Assembly (NCBI GenBank): GCA_965240325.2
Contig: OZ251224.1
Coordinates: forward strand, 1,550,001 to 1,614,000
Direction of reading: 5' to 3'
Origin: Rebecca billardiae RCC1528
Lineage: Eukaryota; Protista; Haptophyta
Length of the DNA: 64,000 nucleotides
The translations under genes were made by a program, and so were the position numbers. Shown in pieces: positions 22,860 to 35,409 of the stretch (position 1 is its first letter; each line of letters opens with the position of its first letter). A model generated the notes under the pieces. The model did not search any database. It saw only the letters and a program-made list of their open reading frames with translations, and was not told the DNA's origin.

Positions 22860-25150
22860 CCCAGCGCGCTGGAGCCGCTGCCATCTGGTGCTGCTGTGCC
22901 CGCGCCCAGCTGGGGCCCAGCTGCAGCTGCACTTGACTCCGCGCCGCATTCGCTGCAGCAGCAGGGATGGTGCCACGGCGGGCGGCGTGGGTCGGCGCAG
23001 CTGTCAGCTCGGCGGTGCGCGCCCGAGGGGCCCGGGCATTGGATGCACCGAGCGCGGTGTCACTGCTCGCCTCCCGCAGCGCGCTGGAGCCGCTGCCATC
23101 CGACGCTGCTGCGCCCGCGCCAAGCTTGGGCAGCAGCGGCTGCGCTAGACTCCGCGCCGCGTGCGGCAGCAGCAGCAGGGATGGTGCCACGGTGGGCGGC
23201 GGCGGTCGCTGGAGCTGAAAACTCGGCTGTGTGCGCCCGAGGGGCCTGGGCGGTGGGCGCACCGAACGCGGTGCCGCTGCTCGCCTCGCCCATGGCGCTC
23301 GAGCCGCTGCCATCCGACGCTGCTGCGCACGCGCCAAGCTTGGGCAGCAGCGGCTGCGCTCGACTCCGCGCCGCGTGCGGCAGCAGCAGCAGGGATGGTG
23401 CCACGGTGGGCGGCGGCGGTCGCTGGAGCTGAAAGCTCGGCTGTGTGCGCGCGAGGGGCCTGGGCGGTGGGCGCACCGAACGCGGTGCCGCTGCTCGCCT
23501 CGCCCATGGCGCTCGAGCCGCTGCCATCCGACGCTGCTGCGCCCGCGCCAAGCTTGGGCAGCAGCGGCTGCGCTCGACTCCGCGCCGAGTGCGGCGGCAG
23601 CAGCAGGGATGGTGCCACGGCGGGCGGCGTGGGTCGCTGGAGCTGAAAGCTCGGCGGTGTGCGCCCGAGGGGCGTGGGCGCTGGACGCACCGAGCGCGGT
23701 GCCGCTGCTCGCCTCGCCCATGGCGCTCGAGCCGCTGCCATCCGGTGCTGGTGCGCCCACGCCCAGCTGGGGCAGCAGCAGCAGCGGCGCTCGACTCCGC
23801 GCCGCGTGCGGCAGCAGCAGCAGGAATGGTGCCACTGTGGGCGGCGGCGGTTGCTGCAGCCGGCAGCTCGGTGGCGCACGCCCGAGGGGCCTGGGCTGCA
23901 GACGCGCTGAGCGCGCCATCGCCGCTCGCCTCCCGCAGCGCGCTGGAGCCCTGCCATCCGACGCTGCTGCGCTTGCGCCCAGCTTGGGCAGCAGCAGCTG
24001 CGCTCGACTCCGCGCCGCGTGCGGCGGCAGCAGCAGGGATGGTGCCATGGCGGGCGGCGGCGGTCGACGGAGCTGAAAGCTCGGCGGTGTGCGCCCGAGG
24101 GGCCTAGGCGTTGGACGCACCGAACGCGGTGTCCCCGCTGGCCTCCCGCAGCGCGCTCGAGCCGCTGCCATCCGATGCTGCTGCACCAGCGCCCAGCTTG
24201 GGCAGCAGTAGCCGCGCCTGACTCCGCGCCGCGTGCGGCGGCAGCAGCAGGGATGGTGCCACGGCGGGTGGCGGCGGTCGACGCAGCTGAAAGCTCGGCG
24301 GCGCACGCCCGAGGGACCTGTGCTGCGGACGCGCTGAGCGCGCCATCGCCGCTCGCCTCCCGCAGCGCGCTGGAGCCGCTGCCATCCGATGCTGCTGCAC
24401 CAGCGCCCAGCTTGGGCAGCAGCAGCCGCGCCTGACTCCGCGCCGCGTGCGGCGGCAGCAGCAGGGATGGTGCCACGGCGGGCGGCGGCGGTCGACGCAG
24501 CTGGAAGCTCGGCAGCGCACGCCCGAGGGGCCTGGGCGCTGGGCGCACCGAACGCGGTGCCGCTGCTCGCCTCGCCCATGGCGCTCGAGCCGCTGCCATC
24601 CGACGCTGCTGCGCCCGCGCCCAGCTTGGGCAGCAGCGGCTGCGCTCGACTCCGCACCGCGTGCGGCAGCAGCAGCAGGGATGGTGGCACGGCGGGCGGC
24701 GGTGGTTGCTGCAGCCGGCAGCTCGGCGGTGCACGCCCGTGGGGCCTGGGCGCTGGACGCACCGAGCGCGGTGCCGCTGCTCGCCTCGCCCATAGCGCTG
24801 GAGCCGCTGCCATCCGGTGCTGCTGCGCCCGCGCCCGGCCAGGGCAGCAGCAGCAGCGCTCCATTCCGCGCCGCGTGCGGCAGCAGCAGCAGGGATGGTG
24901 CCACGGCGGGCGGCCGCAGCAGCTGAAAGCTTGGCAGTGCCCACCCGAGAGGCGTGGGCGCTGGACGCACCGAGCGCGGTGTAGCCGCTCGCCTCGTTCC
25001 GTAGCGCGCTCGAGCCTCTGCCATCCGATGCCGCTGCGCCCGCGCCCCGGCGCCGCTGCACGGCTGCAGCTGGCAGGCCTGGCAGCAGCTGCGCTCCGGA
25101 GGCTTCGCGCCGCATGCGGTGGTAGCAGCAGGGAGGTGCCACGGCCAAGC
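22860..25150 (+). repeat. ~214-bp GC/CAG-rich tandem array, left arm of element 1
   Basis: Recurring gagccgctgccatccgacgctgctgcgcccgcgcc..cagcagcagggatggtgccacgg units. Confidence 0.9.
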
Positions 25151-25989
25151 CGGCGGCGGTGGTCGGGCGGTGCTGAGTGCTGCTTGGCACGCGCGCCGAC
25201 CGGTCGTCGTTAAAACTACGTAGCGTATACGTACTCTACTACAGTACTACGGTCCCGGCGTAAGTATAGACTGCTGACCAGCTGACCGTGACCGTGTCGC
25301 GCCGGAGTGTAGCACGGTGATGACGCCAGCAGTCGAGCTGCTACTGCTGCTGCTCACTACTGATGCTCTTACATTGATGAGTTAGCTTCTACTAACTTAC
25401 ACTGTGAGCCGCCAGGCCCAGCACGACTTGTCGTCGCGACAGTCCGGACGCGGACGACGAGACCATCACATCACTGATAAGTGACTAGCTATAACGCGAG
25501 CAGTCAGGCTGTGACGGCGGACAGACGACAACACCGCCGCCAGGGTACCGATCCGGATAGACCGCTAGGTGGAGTAAGAGTCACTTATATATACGCACAT
25601 GACGGCAGAGTGTCGGACAGCCGCCGCCCCGGAGCTGGCTGATGCATCGTCGTAGTCGGAGTACCGCTCTGAACGGCTAGTCGGAGCAGATTGACGATGA
25701 TTCGAGATATATATGCTCGGTGCCGTAGTACGCGTGGATAATTTAAATATAAGAGTTCTTACGTACTCGTCTAGGCAGATGCTGATGTAGATTGTAGTGA
25801 TGACGATGCATGCATGATGCTGCTGATAACTTCTGCATCGCCTACCTGCCGGGCTACGACTGGTCTGCGCCGCCGGCCTTATGAATATGAGCTGACCGGC
25901 ATTGCCCGCCCCGGAACCTGCTGGCGGCTCGGCTCGCAGAAGGACAGAAGAAGTGTCGTAGCAACAGCTCCGGGGGCTGGCCAGCGCGC

Positions 25990-27780
25990 CTGACGCGTGC
26001 ATCAGCGTCACTGCATTGCGCGCGTCTGCCGCCCAGGCCCCTCGCGCGTGCAGCACCGAGCTGCTAGCTGCATGCACCGCCGCCCGCCCGCCGTGGCGCC
26101 ATCCCTGATGCTGCAGCCGCACTCGGCGCGACAGGGCGCGGGCGCGGCAGCATCGGATGGCAGCGGCTCGAGCGCGCCGGGCGAGGCGAGAGGCGTCAGC
26201 GCGCTCAATGCACCCACCGACCAGGCCCCTCAGGCGCACACCGCCGAGCTTTCAGCTCTAGCGTCGTCGCCCACCGTAGCACCATCCCTGGTGCTGCCGC
26301 CCCACGCGGCGCGGAGTCGAGCGCAGCCGCTGCTGCGCAAGCTTGGCGCGGGTGCAGCAGCGTCGGATGGCAGCGGCTCCAGCGCCATGGGCGAGGCGAG
26401 CAGCGGCACCGCGTTCGGTGCGTCCAGCGCCCAGGCCCCTCGGGCGTGCACCGCCGAGCCGACAGCTCCGTCGACCCACGCCGCCCGCCGTGGCACCATC
26501 CCTGCTGCTGCCGCCGCACTCTGCGCGGAGTCGAGCGCAGCCGCTGCTGCCCAAGCTTGGCGCAGGCGCAGCAGCGTCGGATGGCAGCGGCTCCAGCGCC
26601 ATGGGCGAGGCGAGCAGCGGCACCGCGTTCGGTGCGCCCACCGCCCAGGCCCCTCAGGCGCGCACCGCCGAGCTTTCAGCTCTAGCGACCGTCGTCGCCC
26701 ACCGTAGCACCATCCCTGCTGCTGCCGCCCCACGCGGCGGGGAGTCGAGCGCAGCCGCTGCTGCGCAAGCTTGGCGCGGGCGCAGCAGCGTCGGATGGCA
26801 GCGGCTCCAGCGCCATGGGCGAGGCGAGCAGCGGCACCGCGTTCGGTGCGCCCAGCGCCCAGGCCCCTCGGGCGTGCACCGCCGAGCTGACAGCTCCGTC
26901 GACCGCCGCCGCCCGCCGTGGCACCATCCCTGGTGCTGCCGCCGCACTCTGCGCGGAGTCGAGCGCAGCCGCTGCTGCCCAAGCTTGGCGCGGGCGCAGC
27001 AGCGTCGGATGGCAGCGGCTCCAGCGCCATGGGCGAGGCGAGCAGCGGCACCGCGTTCGGTGCGCCCACCACCCAGGCCCCTCGGGCGCGCACCGCCGAG
27101 CTTTCAGCTCTAGCGACCGTCGTCGGCCACCGTAGCACCATCCCTGGTGCTGCCGCCCCACGCGGCGGGGAGTCGAGCGCAGCCGCTGCTGCGCAAGCTT
27201 GGCGCGGGCGCAGCAGCGTCGGATGGCAGCGGCTCCAGCGCCATGGGCGAGGCGAGCAGCGGCACCGCGTTCGGTGCGCCCAGCGCCCAGGCCCCTCGGG
27301 CGTGCACCGCCGAGCTGACAGCTCCGTCGACCGCCGCCGCCCGCCGTGGCACCATCCCTGGTGCTGCCGCCGCACTCTGCGCGGAGTCGAGCGCAGCCGC
27401 TGCTGCCCAAGCTTGGCGCGGGCGCAGCAGCGTCGGATGGCAGCGGCTCCAGCGCCATGGGCGAGGCGAGCAGCGGCACCGCGTTCGGTGCGCCCACCGC
27501 CCAGGCCCCTCGGGCGTGCACCGCCGAGCCGACAGCTCCGTCGACCGCCGCCGGCCGCCGTGGCACCATCCCTGCTGCTGCCACGGCACGCGGCGCGGAG
27601 TTGAGCGCAGCTGCTGCTGCCCAAGCTGGGCGCGGGCACAGTAGTGCTCGAGGCAGCGGCTCCAGCGCGCTTGGCAGTGCCGTGGGCGCATCGAGCAGCG
27701 TCACCACGCTCGGCGCGTCCGTCGTCCAGGCCCTTCGAACCAGTGACACCAAGCTGTCAGCCGCGGCGACCGCCGTCATC
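25990..27780 (-). repeat. ~214-bp tandem array, inverted, right arm of element 1
   Basis: aagcttggcg recurs about every 214 bp between about 26339 and 27409; alternating variants give a 428-bp higher-order unit. Confidence 0.9.
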
Positions 27781-28600
27781 CGTGCAGGACCGTCCCAACG
27801 GCCCAGCTGCTGCTGCCGCGTGCAGCATAGAGTAGAGCGCCCCTCAGCCTGCCGGCAGAGTGGGGCGCAGGTGTTTGAAGCAGCACCCGGCGGTTGGTCC
27901 TGCGCTCCTGGGCACGGCTATGTACCTGTTGGTCTCATGAATGCGGGGGAATGCCAGCGCTCGCCACGCGTGCTCAGCCTCTCAGCCTCGCAAAGCAGAG
28001 GAGCACTTCATCTGCGAGCTCACACAGCTGTGCCGCTGCCGTCTCCTTGCTGTGACGCGCAGAGCAAGTCGAGGAGTGTCTGGCGACCACCGGTGCCAGT
28101 GCTGCGCCGACAGGTAGATGCCCACCACCCGGCCGCGCCCGTAGCATGGGCGATGGTGAGATGAGTGGCAGCACAGCGCACAGCTACGAGCAAGGTTGAT
28201 GTGCGACGGTGTGGAGGCACGCGTGCTCGCGGCATGCTCCGAGCCCCGTGCTGCGTGCCCCCTGCTGCTTCTCGCCCTTGGTCGTCTCCTCGTCGATGCC
28301 CTCCTCCCCCGTACGCGTGAGCTCCGCGACGCCATCGGGCCAGCCTACCAACGAACAGTGGGCGTGGCGCCCTGCTGACGGCTGGCTGCCATCGCAAGCC
28401 ATGCACGCCTGCACACGGCAACAGGGCCGTTTGCGCCCTGTTGCCGTGTGCACGGCCACAGCGGGCCGGTGCACACGGCAACAGCAGTGCGAAACCCCCT
28501 GAGGGTGACCCCTTTTGCGCCCCAGTGTGCACACGACAACAGGGCGCAAACGCCCCTGTTGCCGTGTGCAGTCGCCAGTGGCAAACGCCAGACCTTACTG

Positions 28601-28762
28601 TTTATAACGGGCTCCGGGTGATCAGACTGGCGGCCGAAGCCTCCAGCCCTACCCTGGCCAGCCCCCAACCAACCACCACCCTCACCCAACCTCGAACCAC
28701 TGACCGATACACCAAGTGCCTTGACACCACTCCGCTGTGGACAGCCCGCCTCCAGAGGGGGC
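28601..28762 (-). mobile_element. SINE-like repeat split by element 1 (remainder at 21723-21744)
   Basis: Reverse-complement match to 60942-61127; A-box-like CAGCGGAGTGG, B-box-like GGTTCGAG and an A-rich tail. Confidence 0.55.
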
Positions 28763-29001
28763 TCCGGCATGGTTTCGTGGATGGCTACGATATGGTTACG
28801 ATGTCCGGCGACATAGCCCCGCTATCATTGGCGCCGGACCACACCGTAGCAAAGAGCCAGCAGGCTGAAGGCGGCAAGAAACACAGACGACAAAGGCGAG
28901 AGGCTCGCCCCCCGCCTCCGCGACCTTTTTACCTGCCGCGCGGCGCACGGCGCGGCGACTGTGGTGTGCGGTGGAGCCCAGCCGCAGCCTAGCGCAGAGG
29001 T

Positions 29002-30102
29002 ATGGGGAGCGCGTGCACAAAAGGCAGCCCCGACGGCTCGCCTGACGGCGCTGACGTTGACGACGAGGCGCAGGACACGGTGGGTGAGGTGCACTCGCCC
29101 ACGAAGCACAAGACATTCCGCGACCGGCGATTGACGGTGAGCCAGGTGCGCGATCCAAAGTCAAAGGACCGGCACAAGCGACTCTCCGTCTATGGTGGCG
29201 GCTCGGTGGACGACCCGGCGCCGCAGGTCGAAGATGTCGGCCTCACAACCATTGCTGCGAAATCGATCCCCGGAGTCGAGCCGGTGCCCGGCGGCTCTGT
29301 CGCAAAGATCAACCAGGATCGTGCGATCGCGATCTATCCCTTCCTGAACGACCGCAAATGTGTTCTTCTCGGCGTGTACGACGGCCACGGCCGGCAGGGC
29401 GAGCAGATCTCGCAGTTCGTCAAGCAGAACCTGCCGAACACGATTTTGCGGCACGCGGCCGTGCAGACGAGGCCAGCCGTGGCGCTCAAGGAGGCGTATG
29501 TTGTCTGCGACGAGGAGCTCGCAGCTAGCACTATCGAGGCGAGCGTAAGCGGCACCACCGCTGTCACCGTGCTCGTTAAGGACGCTACCTACTGGGTCGC
29601 CAACTCTGGCGACTCGCGCGCTGTGATTGGCAGATGGAAGTCTGGCAAGAAGGCCATGACTGCGCACGACGTCTCCTTCGACCAGAAGCCCGACACGCCG
29701 TCGGAGATGAAGCGCATCATCGCGGCGGGCGGGCACGTGACGCCTGCCGGCGCGAACGGCACGCCGGCGCGCGTGTGGCACAACTTCCGCGGCCTGGCCA
29801 TGGCGCGCTCGATCGGCGACCACAACGCGTCCACGGTCGGAGTCGTCGCCGAGCCCGAGGTGCACCAGTACACTTTCGACAAGGACGACGCCGTGATGGT
29901 GATCGGCTCGGACGGCGTGTGGGAGCTGCTCGACTCACAACAGGTGATCGACATCGCCGTGCAGCACTACTCGCTGCCGGCGGCCGATATCGTCGACCGC
30001 ATCATCGAGCAATCGGCGTACATGTGGAAGGTGGAGGAGGGCGACTACCGCGACGACATCTCGTGCATCGTGCTCAAGCTGCCATGGCACGAGCAGGCGT
30101 GA
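29002..30102 (+). CDS. Protein phosphatase 2C with putative N-myristoylation signal
   Basis: NQDR, GVYDGHG, ANSGDSRA, ARSIGD, GSDGVW and DDIS motifs; N-terminus MGSAC. Confidence 0.93.
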   Translation: MGSACTKGSPDGSPDGADVDDEAQDTVGEVHSPTKHKTFRDRRLTVSQVRDPKSKDRHKRLSVYGGGSVDDPAPQVEDVGLTTIAAKSIPGVEPVPGGSVAKINQDRAIAIYPFLNDRKCVLLGVYDGHGRQGEQISQFVKQNLPNTILRHAAVQTRPAVALKEAYVVCDEELAASTIEASVSGTTAVTVLVKDATYWVANSGDSRAVIGRWKSGKKAMTAHDVSFDQKPDTPSEMKRIIAAGGHVTPAGANGTPARVWHNFRGLAMARSIGDHNASTVGVVAEPEVHQYTFDKDDAVMVIGSDGVWELLDSQQVIDIAVQHYSLPAADIVDRIIEQSAYMWKVEEGDYRDDISCIVLKLPWHEQA

Positions 30103-30729
30103 TCCCCGCGCCCACGCTGCTCTGCGCGCAGGCCGAGCGGTGGCTCGCGGTGGTGGCCCGCCGCCCGCGCGACGCCCGGCGAGCTGTCCGCGCTCGCGCC
30201 GCACGCACCACGCCGCGCAGGGTGGCCTTCGTGACGTGGTGGGCGGCGTGCACACAGCCCTACGGCAGCAGCCAGCCCAGCCGGTCTGCCCGCCGCGGCT
30301 GGCGTCTCTCGCTCGCTTCGCCTGTTTCGAGTGCGTGCGTTGGCTGTCTCCGCCAGCTGGCGCTGGGGCCCGCGGTGTTAGCTCGTCCGCCCAGCTTCGG
30401 CCGTGCTCGTGACAGATCGGCGAAGGATGCCGAGTTGCTAAGTCGGACAGCGCGCCTCGCGGCTCACAGTCATCAGGCCGTTCCGACTCGGCGACTCCGC
30501 GACCGCCCGCCGACAGGGCCGGCAGGGCAGATTCAGACAGTCTCACTCTTCGACTTCACTCTTTCAGTCAGCCACTTCGAGTGACGTCGAGTCTTCCGCG
30601 GCTGGCGTCCGCAGCAATCAATGGCGACGATGACGTATAAAAATTAAAAATAATTCTGCATAATTATTAACGACGCATATTATTAGTCTGCTGCTTTAAT
30701 AGTCACTCCAGAAGAGTCACTACAAAAAG

Positions 30730-32475
30730 TCTCCGCTGGCGGAGCATCCGGGCAAGGGGCCCAGACCCTCCGCAGGCGGAGATTTTTGTGGCCACGAAAA
30801 ATCCCCGCTGGCGGAGCATGGGCGCTCCACGAATGCTCCGCTGGTGGAGCCTCGGCTAGGCCAATGTCATTATTGATGACTGACTTGACTTGAGCTGAGC
30901 TCCGCTGGCGGAGCTTTGGTGGCGGAGCATGTCATATTGGAGTGATGCGTAGCCGTCAACCGTCATCAGAATCCATATGACAGTATCCACACTCAACCTC
31001 CGCTGGCGGAGCTCGCAGACCTATTTGACTTGAACTGAGCTCCGCTGGCGGAGCCTCGGCTGCGCCGAATGTCATTATTAATGACCCACTAGACTAGTGA
31101 ACTGAGCTCCATTGGCGGAGCCTCGGCTGCGCCGAATGTTATTGTTGACGACCCACTTGACTTGAACTGAGCTCCGCTGGCGGAGCTTTGGTGGCGCCGT
31201 ATCAGTGTCATATTGGAGTAATGCGAAGCCGTTAACCGTAATCATCATCATCATCCATATTGGCACGTAACCTCCGCTGGCGGAGCTCGCAGACCTATTG
31301 AACTTGAACTAAGCTCCGCTGGCGGAGCCTCGGCTGCGCCGAATTTCATTATTAATGACCCACTTGACTAGTGGACTGAGCTCCACTGGCGGAGCCTCGG
31401 CTGCGCCGAATGGTATTGTTGACGACCCACTTGACTTGAACTGAGCTCCGCTGGCGGAGCTTTGGTGGCGCCGTATGTCATATTGGAGTAATGCGAAGCC
31501 GTTAATCGTCGTAATCATCATCCATATTGACACGTAACCTCCGCTGGCGAAGCCCACTGGCCTATTCGACTTGAACTGAGCTCCGCTGGCGGAGCCTCGG
31601 CTGCGCCGAATGTCATTATTAATGACCCACTAGACTAGTGAACTGAGCTCCATTGGCGGAGCCTCGGCTGCGCCGAATGTTATTGTTGACGACCCACTTG
31701 ACTTGAACTGAGCTCCGCTGGCGGAGCTTTGGTGGCGCCGTATCAGTGTCATATTGGAGTAATGCGAAGCCGTTAACCGTAATCATCATCATCATCCATA
31801 TTGGCACGTAACCTCCGCTGGCGGAGCTCGCAGACCTATTGAACTTGAACTAAGCTCCGCTGGCGGAGCCTCGGCTGCGCCGAATGTCATTATTGATGAC
31901 CCACTTGACTTGAACTGAGCTCCGCTGGCGGAGCTTTGGTGGCGCCGTACGTCATATTGGAGTAATGCGAAGCCGTTGACCGTAATCATATCATCCATAT
32001 TGACACGTAACCTCCGCTGGCGGAGCTCGCAGATCGACCTATTGGACTTGAACTGAGCTCCACTGGCGGAGCCTCGACTGCGCCGAATGTCATTATTAAT
32101 GACCCACTTGACTTGAATTGACCTCCGCTGGCAGAGCTTTGGTGGCGCCGTATGTCATATTGGAGTAATGCGAATCGTAAATAACCGTAATCATATCCAT
32201 ATTGACACTCAACCTCCGCTGGCCGAGCTCGCTGATCTATTCGACTCGAACTGAGCTCCGCTGGCGGAGCCTCGGCTGCGCCGAATGTCATTATTAATGA
32301 CCCACTTGACTTGAATTGAGCTCCGCTGGCGGAGCTTTGGTGGCGCCGTATGTCATATTGGAGTAATGCGAATCGTAAATAACCGTAATCATATCCATAT
32401 TGACACTCAACCTCCGCTGGCCGAGCTCGCTGATCTATTCGACTCGAACCGAGCTCCGCTGGCGGAGCCTCGGCT
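30730..32475 (+). repeat. CACTA left subterminal array of the quasi-palindrome CTCCGCTGGCGGAG with recurring spacers
   Basis: Dozens of motif copies; a 541-bp offset duplication is shown by identical ORFs at 31078 and 31619. Confidence 0.92.
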
Positions 32476-33099
32476 TGCGGTTTGCTGCAATTGGGGCTGG
32501 GCTCAGCATGGGGCAGCTGTTCTGCACAGCCCAGGCGGGGCGTCACCGCCTGTGGGCCGCCGGTGGGCAGGGCCGACGGCGTCGCAGAGCTCGTGCGTGG
32601 GAGCAGCGCGTTGAGGAAGCGATCAAGGTCGAGAAGGAAGGGGCAAGCAGCAGGGGCTGCCGGTACGGCACGTTTGTACATGCCTCCACACCGGTGCACA
32701 TCACCCTTGCTCACTGCAGTGAACAGTGCTGTCACTCATCTCATCCTCGCTCACCATGCAGTGACGGCCGAGCTGCGGCAAACACTCACCGGCACCGAAC
32801 ACGCATCGGCGGTGCCCGCTGGCGCTGGCATCATGCTGTCCTCTACTTGCTGTCGGACAGCATTAGGAGACGGCACCGCCGCATTTCTGCGAGCGGGCGA
32901 GGTGCTGTCCTCTACTCAGCGAGGCTGAGAGGCTGAGCACGGATCACGGATGGTGAGCCCTGGTATCTCAACGCATCCAGGAGAGCAGTTGGTGCATGAC
33001 TGTGCTCAGACGTGCAGGACCAACCATCCGGTGCTGCTTCAAGCACCCGCGCCAACAGCGGCGGCACTCAACTCCACGCTGTTGATGCGGCCGCACGGC

Positions 33100-34555
33100 T
33101 GCAGGGATGGTACCACGGCGGGCGACGGCGGGCGCAGCAGCTCGCAGCTCAAAGTTGCGCGCCAGTGGGGCCTGGGCGCCGGGCGCACCGAGCGCGGTGA
33201 CGCTGCTCACCTCGCCCAGCGCGCTGGAGCCGCTGTCATCCGACGCTGCTGTGCCCGCGTCCAGCTTGGGCTGCAGCAGCTGCGCTCGACTCCGCGCCGA
33301 GTGCGGCGGCAGCAGCGGGGATGGTGCCACGGCGGGCGGCGGCAGTCGCCGCAGCTGGCAGCTCGGCGGCTCTCGCCTGAGGGGCCTGGACGGTGGACGC
33401 ACCGAGCGCGGTGACGCTGCTCGCCTCGCCCAGCGCGCTGGAGCCGCTGCTACCGGGCGCTGCTGTGCCCGCGTCCAGCTTGGGCTGCAGCAGCTGCGCT
33501 CGACTCCTCGCCGAGTGCGGCGGCAGCAGCAGGGATGGTACCACGGCGGGCGGCGGCTATCACTTTGGCTGGCAGCTCGGCGGCTCTCGCCTGAGGGGCC
33601 TGGACGGTGGACGCACCGAGCGCGGTGACGCTGCTCGCCTCGCCCAGCGCGCTGGAGCCGCTGCCATCCGGTGCTGCGGTGTCCGCGCCCAGCCGGAGCA
33701 GAAAGAGGTGCGCTCGACTCCGCACCCGTGCGGCGGCAGCAGCAGGGATGGTATCAAGGCGGGCGGCGGCAGTCGCTGCAGCTGGCAGCTCGGTGGTGCC
33801 TGCCCGAGGGACCTGGGCGACGGACGCGCCGAGCGAGCTGACGCCCCTCGCCTCCCCTATCACGCTCGAGCCGCTGCCATTTGATGCTGCTGCAGCGTTC
33901 GGGCAGCTGCAGACTCTGCGCTCGACTCCACGCCGCGTGCGGCCGCAGGCAGCAGCAGCAGCGGGCCCGAGGGGCCTGGACCACGGACGCGCCGAGCGCG
34001 GTGACGCCTCTCGCCTCGCTCAGCGCGCTGGAGCCGCTGCCACCGGGCGCTGCTGCGCCCGCGTCCAGCTTGGGCTGCAGCAGGCCGCTCAATCAACTCC
34101 TCGCCGAGTACGGCGGCAGCAGCAGGGACGTTGCCACGGCGGGCGGCGGCTATCACTTCAGCTGGCAGCTCGGTGGTGCCTGCCGGGGCCTGGACGGTGG
34201 ATGCACCGAGCGTGGTGGCGTCGCTCGCCGCGCCCAGCGCGCTGGAGCCGCTGCCATCCGGCGCTGCGGTGTCCGCACCCAGCCGGAGCATCAGGAGGCG
34301 CGCTCGACTCCGCACCCGTGCGGCGGCAGCAGCAGGGATGGTATCACGGCGGGCGGCGGCAGTCGCTGCAGCTGGTAGCTCGGTGGTGCCTGCCCGAGGG
34401 ACCTTGGCGACGGACGCGCCGAGCGAGCTGACGCCCCTCGCCTCCCCTATCGCGCTCGAGCCGCTGCCGTTTGATGCTGCTGCAGCGTTCGGGCAGCTGC
34501 AGACTCTGCGCTCGACTCCACGCCGCGTGCGGCCGCAGGCAGCAGCAGCAGCAGG
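33100..34555 (+). repeat. 214-bp-family satellite in CACTA left arm
   Basis: Same unit family as 22860-25150. Confidence 0.85.
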
Positions 34556-35409
34556 CTGGTGATTAACAGCTGCTGTCAGATCTCCGTGACTGCTCGGTTG
34601 CTGCGTATGAACCAGGTGGGTGAGCCGCTGAGTCGCAGGGGCCGCATGAATTAACTGGCGACCGCACGCCGGTATAGGCTTAAGACGTACGGCGTACGTC
34701 CGAGTCCCAATCATCATCAGCGCAGGAGTTTTGAGAACGCGGTGACGGGTCACACGCAGCTACTGTTATTATGAGGGCGCTATTCCTTTATCGATAGTAG
34801 TAGTAAGCTACTACGCTGCCGGCCCCGCCCTCAGCACTATATTGACGGCATATGGAGGCGCAGGTCCGCCTGACCGCTATATTGCATCTTCATGATGATG
34901 AGTTGATGACGATGACGATAACGACTCCTCCGATTCCGGAGTCATAAGTGTGACACCGCCACTGGACACGGGCTACTTACGTACTCAGCTCGGATCATTT
35001 GCGCCTGCTACTGGTAGTCGGGCTCCGCGCGGCGGATCATCATCATCAGTCATATCAGCAGTGCTATCTGATGCATAGCCATATCCGCTGCACAGTGATG
35101 TCGTAGTACTGATGGTGCGTGCGCTGAGATCTGGGCCGCGGCACTTCGGCGGCGCGCCTTGCTCGGCCTCACCTACGCCGGGCCATACTTGTTCGCGCGC
35201 CCGGCGCCGGGCTAGCTCAAAGAGCTGACCGCAGCGGCTCCCGCGCCCCGGAAGGCCTGCGGCCCTCACAGGTCATTGGCAGGCAGCAGTGTCCGGGACT
35301 GAAGCCTGCCGGGTTCTCCCCGATTCGAATTCACCGATGTGACCGAGGTACCGCCTGCTGCCGTCAGCCGGCGGAAGAAGTGTCACAACGGCTGCTGCTG
35401 GCCAGCATA

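Larger units (their letters stand above)
21745..28600. mobile_element. Giant foldback/palindromic non-autonomous DNA transposon with CAG..CTG ends and TTTATAA target duplication
   Basis: About 580 bp of near-perfect TIR (21745-22326 vs 28020-28600) with CACACGGCAACAG subterminal repeats. TTTATAA lies on both sides (21738-21744, 28601-28607). An uninterrupted paralogous target site is present at about 61090-61127. Confidence 0.85.

Noticed and set aside
21754-28770. Many long Ala/Arg-rich ORFs in the palindromes (also 32400-37900)
   Set aside because: They are products of a GC-rich 214-bp repeat that shifts frame each unit; no domain or transposase motifs.
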